Of a DNA stretch of 64,000 nucleotides, positions 57,541-64,000 are shown one piece after another. Every line of letters starts with the position of its first letter. The first letter of the stretch is position 1. The notes beneath the pieces are model-generated. The model worked only from the letters and a program-made list of their open reading frames with translations. It was not told the DNA's origin and did no database searches. This DNA comes from an uncultured Myxococcota bacterium (GTDB taxonomy: Bacteria > Myxococcota_A > UBA796), in the NCBI GenBank assembly GCA_965661985.1, contig CBFIFY010000013.1, forward strand, positions 998 through 64,997, in the 5' to 3' direction. A program made the position numbers and the translations under genes.

Positions 57541-57738
57541 ATAGAACGGGTAACAGAGGCTATGGTTAAAGGTCGTCGGCTGTCACAAATTGTAACCCAC
57601 TTTCATCATTGTTTCACAGATAAAAGCGACCCAATGTCCCTAAGCGTTCCTCGGCATTTATATCTTTCTTGCATCATTCTCCGTTCCATGTTCTTTCTTT
57701 GTTTGATCGTCTTGAACGGAGTGATTTTTGCGATGGAC

Positions 57739-58320
57739 TTATGCAGGCTCGTTGGAGTGAAGGTACTGCATCAGTTTGCAGGCCACCAGTGCCGTTACGC
57801 GACAATCTTCCAGCGCTCTGTGTGCATTTTCGGGATATTCTAGATCCAAAAAGTTGCAAGCCTCTTCAAGTCTAACACTGCCTTTGCGTTTTCCGTTGGC
57901 GTTTAGTGGTGGCTTGCCTTGAGCCGTCATGACTTCTTTTGTCATTTTCATCAAGCACTCTCCCCAAGGTAGGTGAATGCCAATTTCTGACAATCTTCGA
58001 CTGTCGAATGGCTGATTGAAGGCCAATGCCAACAGACCATTTTCTTTTGGTAAACCATTCCACCAGTCGATAAATCTATTGCGAATGGTGTCGAGCGATG
58101 CGGCTTTCAACAGGTCCTCTTCTTTGATGTTGTTGATGCGTAAAGCCCTGTAGGCGTTGCCGTCGAGCGTATTTTGATGTCGAATCAAGGCGCCAAACTC
58201 ACTTCGCGTTCGTCCGTACTCATCAATGCACACCGCACCAATTTCTATCACTTCAGATTTTGGACCAAAGCCTGTTGTTTCAACGTCTACGATGACCAAA
58301 GGATGTGTAAAGTATTTCAT
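57739..58320 (-). CDS. DEDDh 3'-5' exonuclease (DnaQ-like, stand-alone)
   Basis: ExoI VDVETTG, ExoII FNQPFD, ExoIII HRALED. Confidence 0.88.
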   Translation of the reverse strand: MKYFTHPLVIVDVETTGFGPKSEVIEIGAVCIDEYGRTRSEFGALIRHQNTLDGNAYRALRINNIKEEDLLKAASLDTIRNRFIDWWNGLPKENGLLALAFNQPFDSRRLSEIGIHLPWGECLMKMTKEVMTAQGKPPLNANGKRKGSVRLEEACNFLDLEYPENAHRALEDCRVTALVACKLMQYLHSNEPA

Positions 58321-58419
58321 AATGCTGTTCTCCACTTTTATCTTAACCATTCAACCAATCTCTTGGATTAGTTCGGACAGTTATTGGTCAATTCTCTTGT
58401 GCAAAGATATGTGTTTGTC

Positions 58420-58815
58420 ATGAATGATTCCGAGACACAATCGATAGACTGGGAGTTGCATCGGTTGAAATATGTGTTTGCAATGTTTTTTGTGCAAAAG
58501 ATCATCTGGTCAGATGATGTTGCAGCACCCGAAGAGTTGGCCTTTGTTCGAGAGCACTTTCCTTCAGAACTGTTGGCGGTTTTGGGACTGACGGATCCGT
58601 CTGGTTTTCCGGCGTTGTTGGAGGTCGCTTTGGAAAAACTTCCTTCGTCACTGAGTGAAGATGAGAAACTTCAGGTAATTGGGTTGTGCTTTGGTGCGGC
58701 GGCGTCGACCGGAGCCGTGAATCCTGCTGAGATTGCCATCATGCAAGTTGCCGCTGAAAAACTGCATGTCTCCAATGAACTTTTGTTTGAATACATTCAA
58801 GAATTGCTGTATTGA
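58420..58815 (+). CDS. TerB-like helical protein
   Basis: Two half-repeats, SDD....EE and AAS.G.V.PAE...M...AEKL, resembling TerB ADG..E motifs. Confidence 0.55.
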   Translation: MNDSETQSIDWELHRLKYVFAMFFVQKIIWSDDVAAPEELAFVREHFPSELLAVLGLTDPSGFPALLEVALEKLPSSLSEDEKLQVIGLCFGAAASTGAVNPAEIAIMQVAAEKLHVSNELLFEYIQELLY

Positions 58816-59390
58816 GCCATCAGCCGTACTTTGAGTTTCTGTAATGCTCGACCACGGTGCGAGATTTCATTCTTTTCTGCCATCGAGAGGTCTGCCATTG
58901 AACGACCCGCGTGGTCTGTCGGATAGAAAAGAGGATCATAGCCAAAGCCTCCAGCGCCAGAAAGCTCGAGTCCGATGTGGCCTTCGCAGTTGCCTTCAAT
59001 ATATTCGGTGGTTTCTCCATCAAATATGGCAAGTACACATTGAAAGCGGGCGGTGCGTTCTGTTTTGGCTTTCATTTCACCAAGCAGTTTTTGATTGTTG
59101 GACTCTGCGGTGCCTTCTGGGCTGTATCGTTTTGAGAAAACCCCAGGACGTCCATCCAGCGCATCCACCACTAAGCCAGAGTCATCAGAGATGACCACGC
59201 CACCAGTGTAGGGATGGACAAACTGGGCTTTGGACGCTGCATTTTCATGAAAGGTATCATAAGGCTCTGGGGCTTCTGGAATTTCTGGAAAGTCCAACAA
59301 AGATTGAACTGTAAAAGGAGTGTCTGCAAAGAAGGCTTTGATTTCTGTGACTTTGTGGGCGTTGGCAGTGGCAAATACAAGGGTTGTCAT
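58797..59390 (-). CDS. rdgB: Non-canonical purine NTP pyrophosphatase (Ham1)
   Basis: ATANAHKVTE, ENA..KA, DDSGL.VDALDG.PGV.S.RY, GFGYDPLF and KNEISHRG motifs. Confidence 0.95.
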   Translation of the reverse strand: MTTLVFATANAHKVTEIKAFFADTPFTVQSLLDFPEIPEAPEPYDTFHENAASKAQFVHPYTGGVVISDDSGLVVDALDGRPGVFSKRYSPEGTAESNNQKLLGEMKAKTERTARFQCVLAIFDGETTEYIEGNCEGHIGLELSGAGGFGYDPLFYPTDHAGRSMADLSMAEKNEISHRGRALQKLKVRLMAQYSNS

Positions 59391-59409
59391 GAGGTATCCT
59401 GAGGGTGAC

Positions 59410-60867
59410 TTAACGGGTCAGTGTGAGTGTTTGGTTTACACTTGGTAATGGAGTTGAATAGAGCTCGTCCCACTTGAGCCAAGGTTCATTTGGAAAGCGG
59501 ATTTCCATGTCCTGTATCTCTTTGGCTCGACCAAAACCAACGTGCCAATGGGGCGAACGGTTGGCACCATAACTGGATTGTCCATGTATGAGACCTGTCC
59601 AAGTAACGCCACTGGCAGTGATTCGCACCATCGTCCCATTGGGACCTTCGATGTTTAACCAGTTGTTTCGGGTGCAACTGTCGGAAATCCAGAGTTCTGG
59701 AGGCTTTTCCACATCGGTGATCCAATAGTCCAAAACTCCATCGTCGTTCCAGTGTAAAGGGATGATACTGCGAAAAGATCCACTGAGGGTCAACCCCCAA
59801 TCCTCAGACTTTTCAATAAAGCCATCTGGACTTTGCATGAGTGCCGAAATTCCAAGGTCACCCCTGTATTCCGGTTCTACCAAGCCTTCATAGGTGTGAT
59901 CTCCCATCGCTGTAAAAATATCCACCGCGCCATCATTGTTCATATCCACCAATCGAACGCCCCAACTCATTTCCTTGGGCTCCATTTGAGCAACGCCCCA
60001 TGAATAAGACACATCAACAAAGGTGTTGGTGCTGTCGTTGATCAAAAGATGGTTTTGTGTCAGGTCCCCAGACAAAACATCCAGCCAACCGTCTCGATTG
60101 ACATCCGCAACATCGATTCCCATCGCGTCTTGAATGGGTAGGCAATGGCAACTGTGGTCTGGTCTGAAATTGGCATCTTCATTCCACCACAAAACGTTGC
60201 CACCAAACGCAGCCCCTCGGTCGTTGGCATCCATGATGTCGACCTGTCCATCCATGTCAAAGTCGGCCACAACGGCATCAAATGTTTTTCGAGAAGCGTG
60301 GTCTGATTGAAGACTTTTATCTATGGCGAAATTATTGTGTCCCCAAAGAATGACATTTTGATCGGATTGGGTTGCCAAGAAAGACAGAACGCCCACATAG
60401 ATGTCGTCTATGTTATCTCCATTTAGGTCGCCAACGCGCAATATGTGCGCTTGATCCCATCCAAAATTTGTACTGTGAGACTTGGATAAGGTTCCGTTGT
60501 CGTTTTCAAACCACCACAGTTCCGTTCCATTTCTCATTCCGTTGGGTTGGACCTCCATGACCAGATCGTCCCAACCATCCTGATTCCAATCTAAAATCGC
60601 CATTGCCCCACAGTGGTCGCTGATTTCTGTGTAATGAGCGCGTTCGTATTGAATCAAAGACTCAAATGGAAAGCACTGAAGTACATCGATGGTACCGTCC
60701 TTGTTGACGTCAAAAGCAACCACTTGTGGACCCTCATTGTGGTAGGGAGACTCACTTTGTCTGCCAATTGTGACGAAGTCGGATTTGGAAAACGAGAGGG
60801 TCGTATTTTCACAGGTTTGGGTGGGAGACGGTGTCTGACATCCCAAAATGGTCAGGAAAAAAATCAT
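59410..60867 (-). CDS. FG-GAP/VCBS repeat lipoprotein, CRTAC1-like (paralog of 11088-12635)
   Basis: Lipobox ILGC; DxNxDGxxD repeats; C-terminal SDSCTRNNWL.IEGP...HVGFG. Confidence 0.8.
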   Translation of the reverse strand: MIFFLTILGCQTPSPTQTCENTTLSFSKSDFVTIGRQSESPYHNEGPQVVAFDVNKDGTIDVLQCFPFESLIQYERAHYTEISDHCGAMAILDWNQDGWDDLVMEVQPNGMRNGTELWWFENDNGTLSKSHSTNFGWDQAHILRVGDLNGDNIDDIYVGVLSFLATQSDQNVILWGHNNFAIDKSLQSDHASRKTFDAVVADFDMDGQVDIMDANDRGAAFGGNVLWWNEDANFRPDHSCHCLPIQDAMGIDVADVNRDGWLDVLSGDLTQNHLLINDSTNTFVDVSYSWGVAQMEPKEMSWGVRLVDMNNDGAVDIFTAMGDHTYEGLVEPEYRGDLGISALMQSPDGFIEKSEDWGLTLSGSFRSIIPLHWNDDGVLDYWITDVEKPPELWISDSCTRNNWLNIEGPNGTMVRITASGVTWTGLIHGQSSYGANRSPHWHVGFGRAKEIQDMEIRFPNEPWLKWDELYSTPLPSVNQTLTLTR

Positions 60868-60976
60868 CAACAAATTGTCAGAAAAAGGGTTTCAGGTGTT
60901 GGTTGACGTGAGATAATTGGTGCGATCAATTATAAGATACTATACAATCTATTCATCTTATCGATTTGAGGTAATC

Positions 60977-62038
60977 ATGATGCACAAAATAATTCAATCT
61001 TCCTTGTTGGGAACAGCCGTTTTGGGTCTCGTTGCCTGTGGTGAACAAGAGAAAGCCAGTACAGAAACCGAAGCGGTACAGTGCGATTTGTCGTTGGATG
61101 AGTTGACCGATTCTGAATGGTTGTTTTTGAAAGAAATCAATGGACAGGATCCCGAGCCAGATCCAAAAAGTCGTTTGAAGTTCGTCAGTCAAGATGGCAA
61201 AATGGTCGCCAAATATACAGCGGGCTCCTTGTCTGATATGTATGATTACGAGTGTGGCTCAGAGTTGAAAGACGGTCAGTTGGTGTGTCGTACAAAACCC
61301 GACATTGTGCAGTGGTGCCAAACCTTGATGAGCAGCAACCGTAAGTGCAATTTGAAAACATTGCAATACATCGATGACACGTTGACAGACTCTGAAGAGG
61401 TCCAAAAAGGCATCGAAGAAGCAGCCAAACTGTTCCAAGAAGCCAAATCTGGAGACAGTTTCACCCGCTACAAGCGTCAGTTCAATACCTTGACCAACAA
61501 ACTTCAAGGCATCATCTACGTCAATGTAGACACCAACAATTGTCGATTGAACGTCATCGATCACTATGTGGCCTACGTGGAGAAGAAGCGCCAAGAGGAT
61601 TCGAATCCAAATGGAAACAACGGCTTTGTCAAAAACGAACTGGGAACATTGCAGTGGGAAGACTGTGAAACACCACAAATCTTCGACACGATCACCGCCA
61701 CTTTCCCTGAGAAACCGGAAGAAGTTCAGCCAATCGGACGTCATGCCGTTGGAACAGAAGTCCATTACTGGGTATTGCACGAGCCACTGCGCTATGCTGA
61801 AGAAGGGTGCACCTACACCTACGACGTATTCCACAATTACAAGCGTGTTGAGTCTGGTCTCACACCAGAAGTGGTGGATGTAAAAGGCAAGAAGGAAAAC
61901 CGTTACCACTATGCCAAGAAGTATGACACGGCCAGCAAGCGTGGAACGGCTGAAGTTGTGATGACAACACACAATATTCAGTGTAAAGATAAGCCAGTCA
62001 AGAAAATTACCACCTGCAACAAGGTTTTAATTCGCTGA
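60977..62038 (+). CDS. Hypothetical Cys-containing lipoprotein
   Basis: GAGG SD; lipobox LVAC; long ORF followed by a terminator. Confidence 0.75.
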   Translation: MMHKIIQSSLLGTAVLGLVACGEQEKASTETEAVQCDLSLDELTDSEWLFLKEINGQDPEPDPKSRLKFVSQDGKMVAKYTAGSLSDMYDYECGSELKDGQLVCRTKPDIVQWCQTLMSSNRKCNLKTLQYIDDTLTDSEEVQKGIEEAAKLFQEAKSGDSFTRYKRQFNTLTNKLQGIIYVNVDTNNCRLNVIDHYVAYVEKKRQEDSNPNGNNGFVKNELGTLQWEDCETPQIFDTITATFPEKPEEVQPIGRHAVGTEVHYWVLHEPLRYAEEGCTYTYDVFHNYKRVESGLTPEVVDVKGKKENRYHYAKKYDTASKRGTAEVVMTTHNIQCKDKPVKKITTCNKVLIR

Positions 62039-62107
62039 TTGGGGTCTTGATTTGTTGAATTGGTTGTGGCTATTTGGTTAGGATAGGCGCAATCAACAAC
62101 AGGTACG

Positions 62108-62143
62108 AACAAGGGGAGCATTGGCTCCCCTTTGTTGTTTTTT
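62108..62143. terminator. Rho-independent terminator between convergent genes
   Basis: AAGGGGAGC-ATTG-GCTCCCCTT followed by a T-rich tail. Confidence 0.8.
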
Positions 62144-62245
62144 GACGTTCTCTTGTTGAGTTATTCCATTGTCGTGTCGAATGAATTTTACTTTGTGATG
62201 GCTCATTCGACATCACTCATTGAGAACTGTGATTTTGTGAGCCTG

Positions 62246-63349
62246 TCAGTCCGTCGTGTCGGTCTTTTTTTCGATGGGTGTCCATAGCTCGACACTGGAT
62301 GGATAATTGTCGTTGTCAGCCATCAAGAGGGCAACACCAATATCGGTGAGGGCAATGTTTTGTTGAATGAGTTGACCGTCAATTCCACGTAGGAAAAATG
62401 AACAGAAATACTTTTGGTTGGGGTACCATTCAAAACGCTCTCCAAAGAAATGTTTGATGCGATATCTCCGTTTGTTTTCCACATTGTAAATGTTGATTTC
62501 AGGGGGGATGATTTCTTTGGGTACCCAATCTGGAAGGCTGTCTATCTTTTGCTGTCGGCGCTTCTCCTCGCGTTTTCGGACTTCTGGATTTTTGTATTTC
62601 CCATCGCCGAGATCGACCGGCGGAAGGGGGGCTCCATCGGTTTCCAATGCGACGTACTTGCCTTCAGGATGGGGGATGCCTCGCTTGGCGTCAGGGAAGT
62701 CGGCAATCTTTGTGCCATCGAGAGACACCAGATGATTTCCATTCTCATCGGTGTAGGACAGCAAGTTTGCTTTGGGGGCAACATCAATGTTGGTGACCTG
62801 ATCCAAAAAGTCAAAAGCCCGAGAGAAACCATCTGCTTCTGAGAAGAAATAGGGTCGTCGCTTTCCGGAATCGTCGATGAAAGTCAACAGCATCGTTTTG
62901 TTTTCGTAGACCTGTAAGTCAGCAGGTTTGGTTCCAGGAATCTCGTGGTTTTGAATCATCCCCGCAGTCAAATACACGCTGAGTTGAGGGGGGCCGTCGT
63001 CTGTTTCGATGGTCGGGACCACAATGGCCGCATCGTGCATCCACACCCCACGCGCGATGGGTTTGCCGATGGGCAACTGGTCGACCCCTTGATTTTCGGG
63101 GTTTAAAATGAAATTGTTGGTGAACAGTTGAAAGTAGAACAAGCGTCCATCGGGAGACCAATTGTAATGGTAGATGTTGTTTGACCCACAGTCGGTAAAC
63201 AAGGTTTGAATATTGGCTTTGCGCTTTAAAAAACCAATCTTGCCTTCTTCACAATCTTCATAGACTTCTCGAATGTTGTTGTACAATGACCGTTCGGCAT
63301 AAAAGTCTTCTCTTGAACATCCCAGCAGTGTGGCCAATAACCAAAGCAT
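62246..63349 (-). CDS. Hypothetical lipoprotein, propeller-like
   Basis: AAGGAG SD; MLWLLATLLGC; YNWSPDG and HPEGKYVAL PD40-like motifs. Confidence 0.7.
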   Translation of the reverse strand: MLWLLATLLGCSREDFYAERSLYNNIREVYEDCEEGKIGFLKRKANIQTLFTDCGSNNIYHYNWSPDGRLFYFQLFTNNFILNPENQGVDQLPIGKPIARGVWMHDAAIVVPTIETDDGPPQLSVYLTAGMIQNHEIPGTKPADLQVYENKTMLLTFIDDSGKRRPYFFSEADGFSRAFDFLDQVTNIDVAPKANLLSYTDENGNHLVSLDGTKIADFPDAKRGIPHPEGKYVALETDGAPLPPVDLGDGKYKNPEVRKREEKRRQQKIDSLPDWVPKEIIPPEINIYNVENKRRYRIKHFFGERFEWYPNQKYFCSFFLRGIDGQLIQQNIALTDIGVALLMADNDNYPSSVELWTPIEKKTDTTD

Positions 63350-63454
63350 AGGGCTCTCCTTTGTTTTCTATCGAACATCCTTTTGCTGTTTAGACAGCTC
63401 GATGGATTGAAAGTTTCCTTAACCGATTTGCTTTGGAAACGGGATTGAACAGAA

Positions 63455-64000
63455 TTAGTCTGTTGCTTTGTTGTTCTGAGACTTGTACTGTTCAAATTGC
63501 GTCCACACTTCATTCTTTTGTGCTTTGAATGCAGTGTACTCTTTCCCAGACAATTTCTTTCCTTTGGGGAACTTCACTTTCATGGCGTCCACAAAGCGTT
63601 TGTTTTTCCAAACCTGATAGTGAAGGTGTGGTCCCGTTGAGGCACCAGTTGAACCGACTTTTCCGATGATTTGTCCTTTTTTGATTCGCTGTCCCTTCTT
63701 GACAGAGATGGCAGAGAGGTGAGAGTAGGATGTCTCATAGGGACTCATGTGCTTGATTTTGACGAACTTACCATGACCGCCATTCCGTCCAGCGTAGGTA
63801 ACGACACCATCAGAGACCGATCGAACGGGGGTACCCGTTTTGGCTCCAAAGTCCGTTCCGTTGTGTGGGCGGGTTGTTTTGTGAATGGGGTGGAATCGTT
63901 TTGGATTGAAATTGGAGGTTACACGCGAGAAGGAGAGTGGCGAACGTAGAAAAGGACTTTCTCTTGAGACACCGTCCTTGTCGTAATAGGCTGTGATGTC
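63455..64000 (-). CDS. M23 family metallopeptidase (MepM-like), 5'-truncated by window edge
   Basis: Reading frame open from the edge: FLRSPL...RFHPI...HNGTDFG..TGTPV; YSHLS; VGSTGASTGPHLHY. Confidence 0.92.
   Translation of the reverse strand, partial: DITAYYDKDGVSRESPFLRSPLSFSRVTSNFNPKRFHPIHKTTRPHNGTDFGAKTGTPVRSVSDGVVTYAGRNGGHGKFVKIKHMSPYETSYSHLSAISVKKGQRIKKGQIIGKVGSTGASTGPHLHYQVWKNKRFVDAMKVKFPKGKKLSGKEYTAFKAQKNEVWTQFEQYKSQNNKATD

Noticed and set aside
57739-58815. Anti-phage or tellurite-resistance module (exonuclease plus TerB-like)
   Set aside because: The genes are divergent, no other ter or defence genes are nearby, and the TerB acidic motifs are degenerate.

Overview
Gene-dense bacterial chromosomal window. 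It is most consistent with a Myxococcota-type organism: it has a Frz/Wsp-like chemosensory cluster, MopE-related Cys/Asp repeat lipoproteins, a MYXO-CTERM-like tail and alternative complex III. GC looks only moderate by eye and was not computed. In order, the window holds: the 5' end of a tRNA-Ser-like gene; a six-hairpin glycosidase lipoprotein; an MCP-cheW-cheW'-cheA-cheR cluster with cheB inverted; an FG-GAP protein; two tandem repeat-stalk lipoproteins tipped with fibrinogen-like and C-type lectin domains; alkB-tetR-SDR; actABCDEF; rsmD; a NUDIX hydrolase; an enoyl-CoA hydratase; an LBP/BPI-like surface protein; a HAD hydrolase; tRNA-Phe; fadH; topA; metK; TolB-like and OmpA proteins; an ALDH7-family dehydrogenase; a TPR protein; a Thr-type sulfatase-TPR lipoprotein; a 2418-aa pentapeptide/coiled-coil/TM/TPR protein; a DEDDh exonuclease; a TerB-like protein; rdgB; a second FG-GAP protein; two lipoproteins; and a truncated M23 peptidase. 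I saw no CRISPR array, integrase or transposase. The best candidates for undescribed biology are (1) the giant bitopic double-pentapeptide/coiled-coil/TPR scaffold with its Thr-sulfatase-TPR partner, (2) a surface toolkit of animal innate-immunity-like domains (C-type lectin with EPN/WND, fibrinogen-like, LBP/BPI), (3) recurrent ultra-short signal peptides with no n-region, (4) a variant ACIII, and (5) decaying tandem micro-duplications in intergenic spacers. All calls come from motif recognition by eye; no database searches were run.
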